Assembly: GCA_964576115.1 (NCBI GenBank)
Contig: CAZNUA010000002.1
Location: 21,789-85,788, forward strand
Direction: 5' to 3'
From: an uncultured Gemmatimonadota bacterium
GTDB taxonomy: Bacteria > Blakebacterota > Blakebacteria > Blakebacterales > Blakebacteraceae
Length of the DNA: 64,000 bases
The position numbers were made by a program, and so were the translations under genes. Of this stretch, positions 48,801 through 55,586 are shown piece by piece. Numbering within the stretch: position 1 is the stretch's first letter; each line of letters starts with the position of its first letter. The notes beneath the pieces are model-generated. The model had not been told where the DNA came from and did no database searches. It worked only from the letters and a program-made list of their open reading frames with translations.

Positions 48801-49047
48801 GTATCCAGCCTGACACGTCCACCGGCCCGGCGCTCCGGTTGACCAGTTCGATGAACTCGTCGGCATACGTATCCCGGACGCCGTCGCCGTTGGCGTCGCC
48901 GGCCAGATCGGCGGGGGGATCGGCGAGCACCTCGTTGATGACGACCGGAGGATCTGTCTCCTGAGCCCACAGAGACAGGGGCAGGGTCGCGACAGTCAGC
49001 AGTACTGTCGCCGCTCCCGCCCGCAGAAGCAGGTTCGCAGGTTGCAT
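45811..49047 (-). CDS. large secreted protein with lamin-tail domain (LTD) and C-terminal type IX secretion (Por) sorting domain
   Basis: Signal peptide; LTD signature (VVINEVLADP...DEFIELVNRS...VDVSGWIL); C-terminal about 80 aa with a T9SS CTD pattern (LEIRDVRGRCVRLL...GVYLVVLELDRRRMTRKILLLK). Confidence 0.75.
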   Translation of the reverse strand: MQPANLLLRAGAATVLLTVATLPLSLWAQETDPPVVINEVLADPPADLAGDANGDGVRDTYADEFIELVNRSAGPVDVSGWILGPAGADPFTFPPGTRLAPGEYVTLFGGGEPTTLPGRCFVDDGRLGSGLSNTAGRLLLIDPAGPDTLQDITYAGWDTDAAWVRDPEGAGDFCDHATRFAAAFSPAGPATPDGGPDTSAPMLYRTRIVNLTSAGFGVAWRSSTAADGRLEILSGSHLRRTWDGNPAGLLHLVEHYGLNPGTTVTWRVVSAGTPAPADTFTSLTTGTVVTSVPRTVYGCLVGSVSGEAVGGAQVFLRLGGATPRSGWLATRSDSTGCWALNLGNLRTIGGSACSWAAGDTLTIEADGAAAGVASGLVTVSGDSPQEVILPALATDPPPIFTWLDFPVGAAVDSVLLLEYSLADPGQAWATLTLQEEGGSRTAPALTVPQVLDRTDRGTVAVELFDLPEGTLWRLAARVEDGLNPPATVTSPAAIRIAHRADRACVLSPGVTLITPTLDDPACTGAFSLLSALPAAGEVARWDQLSAAWCSALRLTDGSTAGDDFTLVPGAGYAVVSTAPCTLTWHGPRRYDPPSLARGGGLALVGVCDSTRVRTAAAVLDDPAVLSVSSWDGYRQAWRGCFRTSEGELIGEDFTIGWGDAVAIDIDSLLTWQPAGTAGIALGRVGGDGGGSSEPVDRPALEVWAAGPGTLELLWAGSGPGQVRLISAGGQPRWSAALGGDRSWHSHRISGLEAGRWRVELTRQTADGERRWTRAVTVAAPALPAMPRWCRGAAPHPDRPLLLTAGGTTVRARTAGLTWYADLAVLLSGSGSGQMAVDLRELAPDGGWRCTPLDIHADRTRLLRAEAAGPGLAVSGLETTRRGPLLVEVRWQVLAGGEGIESALYAGYGAPRGGGGPPGDDRLWLPTGIGESFSPPAPPGCAWELELEPGPQGQAAPEAVAVRIVRPGRPVLWLGPAALTVPQTAPEAALLPAVPNPFNPETCLRYRVPAGGSDRLRLEIRDVRGRCVRLLIDRATAGGDYQVRWDGTDNDGRRVAAGVYLVVLELDRRRMTRKILLLK

Positions 49048-49192
49048 ACGGATCTCCCGAAAGCCTGATGCCGGGGGGTCGGCAGGTTTATTGGGGGAGC
49101 CTGTGGGGGGGGAAATGGTGCGGTGGGGGTAACCGAACGGGAGTATACTTCCCGGGGGGAAAGAGCACAAGGACCGGTCGCCCGGAAGCTCC

Positions 49193-49222
49193 TTGACCTG
49201 CTTTTATCGTCCCGCGTAATTG
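49193..49222 (+). promoter_or_regulatory. putative promoter of the ECF sigma gene (TTGACC, 18-nt spacer, TAATTG; overlapping ECF-like GGAAGC...CGTC)
   Basis: Motifs 50-80 nt upstream of ATG 49274. Confidence 0.3.
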
Positions 49223-49273
49223 ATTCGCGCTCACCGCCCGGGCTCCGCCCCCGGCCGCGGGACGCAGGAGAAC

Positions 49274-49840
49274 ATGACCAGGTCCGACACGAACCAGCTC
49301 ATCGACCGCGCCCAGAGAGGCGACGAGGAGGCTTTCACCTCCCTGGTGCGTCTCTACGAGGCTCAGGTGCAGGCTGTCTGCCTGAAGATGGTCCATAACA
49401 CCGAGACGGCGCGCGACCTGGCTCAGGAAACGTTCGTGAAAGCCTTCAGCGCCCTGGCATCCTTCGATCGTTCCTTCACTTTCTCCACCTGGCTGTACAA
49501 GATCGCCCGCAATACCTGCATCGATCACTTCCGCCGGCAGAAACTCGAAACCTACTCCCTCGATGCGCCGATGCGGACCCGCGAGGGACAGATCGAGCGC
49601 GATTTCCCCTCGCCTATCAATACCCCGGAGCGCTTCCTCATCCTGAAGGAACGGGGCCGCCTGATCGAGGAGGCGATCGAGAGTCTACCCGACAAGTACC
49701 GGGAGGTCATCGGGCTCCGGCACAAGCAGGAACTGCCGTACGAGGAGATTGCCAACATCCTCGGTGTACCGCTCGGAACCGTGAAAGCCCGTCTCTTCAG
49801 GGCCCGCGAACTCCTCAAGAAACGGCTCAAGTCCCTGTGA
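49274..49840 (+). CDS. ECF RNA polymerase sigma factor
   Basis: Region 2 (LAQETFVKAFSALASF...STWLYKIARNTCID) and region 4 (YREVIGLRHKQELPYEEIANILGVPLGTVKARLFRAREL); GGAGA RBS. The track ORF begins at a TTG at 49220. Confidence 0.85.
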   Translation: MTRSDTNQLIDRAQRGDEEAFTSLVRLYEAQVQAVCLKMVHNTETARDLAQETFVKAFSALASFDRSFTFSTWLYKIARNTCIDHFRRQKLETYSLDAPMRTREGQIERDFPSPINTPERFLILKERGRLIEEAIESLPDKYREVIGLRHKQELPYEEIANILGVPLGTVKARLFRARELLKKRLKSL

Positions 49841-49937
49841 TCGCTCGATCCCGGTGCCTTACCCGGCCGGGGGCCGCTTCTGAAACCACCCTCCGGGCCG
49901 CTGCGTATCTAATAGGTGGCCCGAAAGGAGTCTGACC

Positions 49938-51278
49938 ATGGCCGTACGCAAAGCTGACATCCGCGCCCACGGCCGGCCCGGCCCGGTTCTGCTGGCGGCG
50001 TTCTGCCTGCTCGCCGCCCTGCCGGCAACGGCTGTGGCAGATTCCTGCCTCACCCCCGTGGATCAGGAATTCGAGCAAGAGTACGAGCAGGAAGAAATCC
50101 AGCAGTTCTACCGGGAAATCGAACGCCTGTCCGGCGACCTCCAGGAGGCGGTCGACACCATCGAGAGCGGCCGGCGCGAACTCGACGCCGTCAAGGAAGC
50201 CCTGCGCCGCCTCGAGGAAGATCTCTCGGAACTCGACGAATCGCCCGACACCCTGCGTCTCAAGGCGCAGCTGACCGAACTGCGCGGCCGGTATATGTCC
50301 GCCAACCTGCGGCGGGCGATGGGGGGCATGCCCGACGCGCGCGAGCTGCTCGACGACGAGCTCTGGCGGCGCTTTGCGCCCGACATCGAAGTCATGCGCG
50401 GCACCACCTCGCGCCATAACATCTTCCGGATCGGGGAAGACGTCGAGATCGGGCTCTATGAGCGGGTGCGTGGCGACGTGGTCGTCATCGGTGGCGAGAT
50501 CACCGTGCGCGGCTCGGTCACCGGGTCGGTGGTGGCGATCTTCGACGACATCCACATCACCGGCACCGGGCGGGTGGACGGCGACGCCGTCACGATCGGC
50601 GGGATGATCCGGCAGGATCCGGGGGGTACAGTTCGCGGCGATTTCGTCGACACCCGGTTCAGCTGGCCGCAGAGCTGGCACTGGATCCAGGCTCCGGCCC
50701 TGCCGTTTTTCTTCGGACTGGGGGGATTCGTCTTCATTCTGCTGGTGAGCCTGATGGTGGGCCTGATCGCGCCGCGCGGGGTCGATCGGGTCGAGTATAC
50801 CGTTCGCAACCGCTTCGGGGCTTCCTTCCTGGTGGGCCTGCTGACCGAGCTGCTGCTGCCGATCGTCTTCATCCTGCTGCTCATCACCATCATCGGGATC
50901 CCGGTGGCAATCATCGTGGTACCCCTGGCAATGGCCTGGCTGCTGATCCTCGGTTTTACGGGAGTAGCGCGGGCGGTCGGCCGCGGCGCCGATCAGCGGG
51001 GTTTGAAGATCGGGGATTCTCCGGTCGGCCTGATCGCGGTCGGGGTTGTTCTACTCGAGATTATCTACCTTATCGGCGGCGGACTCGGAATCGCCCCCGG
51101 CGTGCTGGTCCCCTTCGCCTTTGCCACCCGGCTGGTAGGGGGACTGATCCTTTTCCTGGCCTGGACGACCGGCCTGGGGGCGGCTCTGATGACCCGCTTC
51201 GGCACCCGCATCCCCGGCGAGACCCCGGCCGTACCCAAACCGGCGCCTCCCCCCGCAGGAGCCGAAACTCCGGCCTGA
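49938..51278 (+). CDS. secreted/membrane protein: signal peptide, acidic coiled coil, bactofilin-like beta-helical repeats, C-terminal multi-TM region (candidate noncanonical ECF partner)
   Basis: Signal peptide; repeats (GDVVVIGGEITVRGSVTGSVVAIFDDIHITGTGRVDGDAVTIGG); 4-5 C-terminal TM helices. Confidence 0.6.
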   Translation: MAVRKADIRAHGRPGPVLLAAFCLLAALPATAVADSCLTPVDQEFEQEYEQEEIQQFYREIERLSGDLQEAVDTIESGRRELDAVKEALRRLEEDLSELDESPDTLRLKAQLTELRGRYMSANLRRAMGGMPDARELLDDELWRRFAPDIEVMRGTTSRHNIFRIGEDVEIGLYERVRGDVVVIGGEITVRGSVTGSVVAIFDDIHITGTGRVDGDAVTIGGMIRQDPGGTVRGDFVDTRFSWPQSWHWIQAPALPFFFGLGGFVFILLVSLMVGLIAPRGVDRVEYTVRNRFGASFLVGLLTELLLPIVFILLLITIIGIPVAIIVVPLAMAWLLILGFTGVARAVGRGADQRGLKIGDSPVGLIAVGVVLLEIIYLIGGGLGIAPGVLVPFAFATRLVGGLILFLAWTTGLGAALMTRFGTRIPGETPAVPKPAPPPAGAETPA

Positions 51279-51314
51279 GTCCGGTCTGAACGGCAGCCGA
51301 GAGAACGTTCACGG

Positions 51315-51347
51315 AAAAGCCCGTCCGGTCACCCGGGCGGGCTTTTT
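51315..51347. terminator. rho-independent terminator-like hairpin flanked by A- and T-runs (AAAAGCCCGTCCGG-tcac-CCGGGCGGGCTTTTT), bidirectional between convergent genes
   Basis: GC-rich stem followed by TTTTT, preceded by AAAA. Confidence 0.6.
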
Positions 51348-51369
51348 CCCCGGATACTGCTCGGACAGG

Positions 51370-51930
51370 TCAGCGACCGATGGCGAGCCGCACGCCCAGC
51401 CAGCAGGTCGGAGCGCCGGTGGCATCCGGAGGGGGAACCGGGGTGATCTCGAAGCGCGGTTCTTCACGGTCGAAATCGGCCAGGTGGGCGTCCACGAAGG
51501 CGTCGGCCAGATTGTAGAGCCAGAGACCGACCGTCCAGAGGATCCAGCGCCGGCGACGGGTGCGCCAGTGCTCGATATCGGTTTCCAGCGTCGCCCGTTC
51601 GAGCGCGGTCAAACCCGGATCGCGCCGGCCGGCCAGGTCGCGCACCTGACTGTCACAGTAGAAGGTGAGCCCCAGCAGGCTCGCCGCCCCGGTCGCGAAG
51701 ACCACCCCTTTGACCGGCTTGCCGACGTAAAACTGCCCCCAACCGGGCAGCAGGGCCGAGCGCAGCAGGGCCCGTCCGGGATCGATCGAGCGGACCGAAT
51801 CGGTCAGGGCCGCGGTCGGGGCCGGTTCCTGCTCGAGCCCGGGGTCGGTCCCCGCCTGCGCGCTGGCGCCCTTCGGCGCCCACAGGAGAAGAACCAGCAG
51901 CAGAGAGCCGATCGGGACCGGGCGCGACAC
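51370..51930 (-). CDS. DUF5683-family membrane-associated protein
   Basis: Signature SALLPGWGQFYVGK (SxxxPGxGQxY of DUF5683); probable GTG start 12 nt after the upstream stop. The track ORF is longer and overlaps the neighbouring gene. Confidence 0.6.
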   Translation of the reverse strand: MSRPVPIGSLLLVLLLWAPKGASAQAGTDPGLEQEPAPTAALTDSVRSIDPGRALLRSALLPGWGQFYVGKPVKGVVFATGAASLLGLTFYCDSQVRDLAGRRDPGLTALERATLETDIEHWRTRRRRWILWTVGLWLYNLADAFVDAHLADFDREEPRFEITPVPPPDATGAPTCWLGVRLAIGR

Positions 51931-51941
51931 GCCGGCCCCTT

Positions 51942-52901
51942 TCAGGGCGCCCGGAAGCGCAGGGCCCGCGGCGCGCAGGTGAACTCGATCTCGGTGACGC
52001 CGGTTTCGGTGATCTGGCCGTCGGCGTGGAGCAGGATCGGTTCTTCCCCCTCGACCGTCAGGCTGGGTTTTCGGAGCATGGTGACGTGATGCAGGTGCGT
52101 ATGCTTGCCTGTAGTCGCCCGGGGGAGCAGACGCAACACGGTCGGGACGGGGATGTCGTGTACCAGACAGCAGTCGAAGAGGCCGTCGTCCCATTCGGCG
52201 TCGGGCAGCAGCGTGAAGCCGCCCCCCTCGCGGGTGCCGATACCGATCGTGAGCAGATATACCAGGTCGTCATACCTGTATTCGGGAGCGGTCAGGACCA
52301 TCGGGATCGAGCGGTACTTGTAGAGCGATTCGAGCACCGTCACCAGGTACATGACATACCCGCGCAGGCGGGTATGGCGCAGGCTGTAGGCCGTCACGGC
52401 GGCACTGAAACCCAGGCCGATCGTATTGAAGAAGGGTCGGCCGTTGAAGAATCCGACATCGGTGCAATACACGTTCCGGGAGGTGAGCGCCGCAATGGCG
52501 CCGTCGAGGTCCTCGGGGATACCCCGGCAACCGGTGAAATCGTTACCTGAACCCATCGGGATGGCGCCGAGAACGGCCTCGGAGTCCCACATGCCCCGGG
52601 CCACCTCGTGCACCGTACCGTCGCCCCCCACCGCCACGACCGTGTCCGCCCCCTGCTCGACGGCCTCGCGCGCCAGCTCGGTGGCATGACCCTCCGCTTT
52701 GGTGACGACCGGCGTGAACTCCAGGCCGGCTTCGACCAGGGCGCCCAGGATCTCCCGCTCCCGCCTGGCCACCAGCCCACGGCCGGCAATCGGGTTCATG
52801 ATCACCACGGTGGTCCCCAGAGGTACTGTCTCGGCGGATGCGCGCCGGGTGGCGCGGTCGGCCGCGGGTCCGGTTCGCTCTTTCACACCGGCTCCTCTCA
52901 T
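51942..52901 (-). CDS. YegS/BmrU-family lipid kinase (diacylglycerol kinase catalytic domain)
   Basis: Motifs VVIMNPIAGRG, VVAVGGDGTVHEV, IPMGSGNDF; start taken at Met 52901 so the gene does not run through the tRNA-like element. Confidence 0.75.
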   Translation of the reverse strand: MRGAGVKERTGPAADRATRRASAETVPLGTTVVIMNPIAGRGLVARREREILGALVEAGLEFTPVVTKAEGHATELAREAVEQGADTVVAVGGDGTVHEVARGMWDSEAVLGAIPMGSGNDFTGCRGIPEDLDGAIAALTSRNVYCTDVGFFNGRPFFNTIGLGFSAAVTAYSLRHTRLRGYVMYLVTVLESLYKYRSIPMVLTAPEYRYDDLVYLLTIGIGTREGGGFTLLPDAEWDDGLFDCCLVHDIPVPTVLRLLPRATTGKHTHLHHVTMLRKPSLTVEGEEPILLHADGQITETGVTEIEFTCAPRALRFRAP

Positions 52902-52940
52902 CACCCGGCCGGCCGGGGGCCGATCGGGATAAGACGTAAA

Positions 52941-53040
52941 TGGCGGGGAAGGGTGGGAATCGAACCCACCCCGGACGCTACGAACGCCCGGCAGAAGGCT
53001 TTGAAGGCCTCGGGGGCCACCAGACCCCATCAATCCCCGC
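52941..53040 (-). tRNA. tRNA-like gene, probable selenocysteine tRNA (anticodon UCA), non-canonical geometry
   Basis: Minus-strand sequence GCGGGGATTGATGGGGTCTGGTGGCCCCCGAGGCCTTCAAAGCCTTCTGCCGGGCGTTCGTAGCGTCCGGGGTGGGTTCGATTCCCACCCTTCCCCGCCA: 7-bp acceptor, 6-bp D-stem GGGGTC/GGCCCC with 4-nt loop, anticodon loop CUUCAAA (UCA), 7-bp extra arm, T-loop GGTTCGATTCC. Confidence 0.5.
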
Positions 53041-53188
53041 AGTATTCGTTCCCGGCCTCGGTCCGGTCGGCTCGCGCCTGGCATCACCCGGCCGGGAGCG
53101 GTGTGACATCATACCACACCCCGCCTCCCCGTTCAGCCCTCTCGGGAGGGCCGCCGGTGCCCGGCGGTAAAGTCGCCGGTCGACCTGC

Positions 53189-53590
53189 TCAGCCGCCCGT
53201 GACGGCTATGAGTTCGATGGCGATCCGCGCCCCGAGCGGCAGGGCGGCCGCTTCCAGAGCCGCCCGGGCGGGGGGTGTGTTCCCCACCCGGCGGCCGTAG
53301 ATCTCGTTGAAGGGCGCGAAATCGGCCAGGTCGGCGAAGTAGACGGTCGCTTTGACCACCTCATCCCACCCGGTCCCGCCGGTTTCCAGGATCGCCGTCA
53401 GGTTGTCGAGCACCCGTTCGGTCTCGGCCTCGATCCCCCCCGACACCAGTTCCCCGCTCCCGGGATCGAGCGCAATCTGCATGGCCGTGAAGAGCAGCCT
53501 GCGCCCACCCCCCAGGTCGGCGGCGATGCCCTGGCTGTAGGGGCCGATCGCGCCCGGGGCGTCCGGGGTTTCAATGGCTCGGTGTGCCAT
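53189..53590 (-). CDS. ridA: RidA/YjgF-family reactive intermediate deaminase
   Basis: GPYSQG motif and conserved C-terminal core; only the last 133 codons of the long track ORF are protein-like. Confidence 0.8.
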   Translation of the reverse strand: MAHRAIETPDAPGAIGPYSQGIAADLGGGRRLLFTAMQIALDPGSGELVSGGIEAETERVLDNLTAILETGGTGWDEVVKATVYFADLADFAPFNEIYGRRVGNTPPARAALEAAALPLGARIAIELIAVTGG

Positions 53591-54594
53591 CAGCACGCCT
53601 CTCCTTCTTCGGTTTCTTCGAGATAGGCCGGCGGGCGCCCGTCGAGGAGCTCGCGCAGGGGCCGCTCGCGCCCCCCCTGGTCCAGGATCCGCCGGGCTTC
53701 GTCGAGTTCGAGCCCGCCCCGCAGGGTCAGGATGGCGAGCCGGACGTCCTCGCCGGCCGCGGTCAGGGCCGCGTGGGCGGTGTCGAAGTCGACTCCGCAG
53801 GCCAGTCTGACGATCGAGCGGGCCCGGGCCCGCAGTTTGTCGCTCACCGGCCGCACCTCGACCATCAGGTGCCCGTAGGCCCGGCCCAGACGGATGAAAG
53901 CGGCGGTGGTGAGCATGTTCAGGATCATCTTGGTGGCTGTCCCCGCTTTGAGTCGGGTCGAGCCGGCGATCAGTTCGGGTCCCACGACGGCGCTGATCGT
54001 CACATCGGCCTCGACCCCCCGAGCGGGGTGTGGATTGCAGGTCAGGTAGACGGTGCCCAGGCCCTCGGTGCGGGCCCGTTCGAGGGCCCCGATGACATAG
54101 GGGGTGCGGGTACTCATGGTGATGCCCACCACCACGTCCCCCCGCCGGGCTCCCGCTGCTTCGAGATCGCGCCAACCCTGCCCGGCGTCGTCCTCGAGCC
54201 CCTCGCTGGACCGCACCAGCGCCGCCGCTCCCCCCGCAATCACACCGGTCACCAGGTCGGGCTCGGAGCCGAAGGTGGGGGGGCACTCGCTGGCGTCGAG
54301 CACTCCCAGGCGACCGCTGGTCCCGGCCCCGATATAGAACAGGCGACCCCCCTCCGAGAGCGCGGCGGCGATCAGTTCGACCGCGGCGGCCACCTCGTCG
54401 AGCACCGCCCCGACCGCGGCGGCCACGGCGCTGTCGGCCTCGTTGAGGCGGTGCAGCAGCTCGGGGGTGCTCAGGGTATCGAGAGCTTCGCTGCCGGCGG
54501 GCAGGGATTCTGTGATCAGGGCATCGAGCTGTTCTGTCAGAGCGCGCAGGCGCGCCAGCTCGCGGTCGCGGGAATCGGGTGTCCGGGCGCTCAT
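53590..54594 (-). CDS. murQ: N-acetylmuramic acid 6-phosphate etherase
   Basis: SIS domain with MurQ signatures (GRLFYIGAGTSGRLGVLDASECPPTFG, catalytic region VGITMSTRTPY); start at MSARTP. Confidence 0.8.
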   Translation of the reverse strand: MSARTPDSRDRELARLRALTEQLDALITESLPAGSEALDTLSTPELLHRLNEADSAVAAAVGAVLDEVAAAVELIAAALSEGGRLFYIGAGTSGRLGVLDASECPPTFGSEPDLVTGVIAGGAAALVRSSEGLEDDAGQGWRDLEAAGARRGDVVVGITMSTRTPYVIGALERARTEGLGTVYLTCNPHPARGVEADVTISAVVGPELIAGSTRLKAGTATKMILNMLTTAAFIRLGRAYGHLMVEVRPVSDKLRARARSIVRLACGVDFDTAHAALTAAGEDVRLAILTLRGGLELDEARRILDQGGRERPLRELLDGRPPAYLEETEEGEAC

Positions 54595-54656
54595 TCTCTC
54601 CCCGGGGCCCGCTCCCGCCGCCGGCCGGACGGCCGGGAGCGCACCCGGATGAAGGT

Positions 54657-55574
54657 CTACTTCTTCTTGGTGCGCACCTGCGGGGAGCGCAGGTTCCACT
54701 CCACCAGCAGGGGCGAGGCCACGAAGATCGAGGAATAGGTACCGATCAGAACCCCTGCCATCAGGGCGAAGGCGAAATCGTGGATGACCGGCCCGCCCAG
54801 CAGCCAGAGGACGGTCACCACGATGAAGGTCGTCACCGAGGTCACCACCGTGCGGCTGAGGGTTTCGTTGATGGCCTTGTTGATGATCCAGTCGAATTTC
54901 TCCTGGCGGTAGCGCTTCAGGTCCTCGCGGATGCGGTCGAGTACGACGATGGTGTCGTTCAGCGAGTACCCGATGATGGTCAGTACCGCCGCCACGATCG
55001 GCAGGCTGATTTCGATATTGAGCAGGCTGAACAGGCCCAGGACCATGAGCACGTCGTGGGTCAGGGTGGCCACGCTGACGACCGCGAAGCGGAACTCGAA
55101 CCGCCATGAAATGTAGATCAGGATCCCCAGCAGGGCCCAGAAGACGGCCCAGACGGTCTTGGTCCGCAGTTCGCGGCCGACCTTGGGTCCGACCTCCTCC
55201 ACGCTCCTGATCCGGACCGGGTTGCCGGGGAAGGCGGCTCCGAGAGCGTCTTCGATCTGCCGGGCCGCGGCCTCGACCTCGGCCTGCTCGAGCCGCTCCA
55301 TGCGGATGATATAGTTGCCCTCCTCGTCGACATCGCGGGTCACCTCGGGGCTGCCCCCGGTCGCTTCACCGGTCACGTTACGCAGCTGGCCGATGTCGAC
55401 CGGTTCCTCGAAAGCGATCCGCATCATCAGACCGCCCTCGAAGTCGATCGAGTAGTTGGGACCGCCGTGAAGCACCAGGCTCGCAATTCCGATGAGGATC
55501 AGCACGGCCGAGATGACATAGGCGGTGCGCCTGACGGTCAGGAAGTTGTAGTCGGCGTTGACGAACAGATCCAC
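54657..55574 (-). CDS. secF: protein translocase subunit SecF
   Basis: Typical SecF N-terminus MDLFVNADYNFLTVRRTAYVISAVLILIGIASL and 6-TM topology. Confidence 0.9.
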   Translation of the reverse strand: MDLFVNADYNFLTVRRTAYVISAVLILIGIASLVLHGGPNYSIDFEGGLMMRIAFEEPVDIGQLRNVTGEATGGSPEVTRDVDEEGNYIIRMERLEQAEVEAAARQIEDALGAAFPGNPVRIRSVEEVGPKVGRELRTKTVWAVFWALLGILIYISWRFEFRFAVVSVATLTHDVLMVLGLFSLLNIEISLPIVAAVLTIIGYSLNDTIVVLDRIREDLKRYRQEKFDWIINKAINETLSRTVVTSVTTFIVVTVLWLLGGPVIHDFAFALMAGVLIGTYSSIFVASPLLVEWNLRSPQVRTKKK

Positions 55575-55586
55575 GGGTCGCGCTCC

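Noticed and set aside
49220-49273. Track start (TTG at 49220) for the fourth ECF sigma factor
   Set aside because: The N-terminal extension MIRAHRPGSAPGRGTQEN is not sigma-like and overlaps the predicted -10 element; ATG 49274 with a GGAGA RBS is the more plausible start
52902-53087. N-terminal 62-codon extension of the lipid kinase ORF
   Set aside because: Would run through the tRNA-like element; the kinase homology begins near VVIMNPIAG, so the start was moved to Met at 52901
52941-53290. tmRNA (ssrA) hypothesis for the T-loop/acceptor-like element, prompted by smpB elsewhere in the window
   Set aside because: A full cloverleaf with D-arm, anticodon arm (UCA) and extra arm fits within 100 nt; a roughly 350-nt tmRNA would overlap the well-supported ridA gene and no tag-reading-frame/resume-codon region is evident
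53591-54286. N-terminal 230 codons of track ORF 53189..54286 (Arg/Gly-rich)
   Set aside because: Overlaps murQ on the same strand in another frame and has no protein-like composition; only the C-terminal 133 codons (RidA) are real
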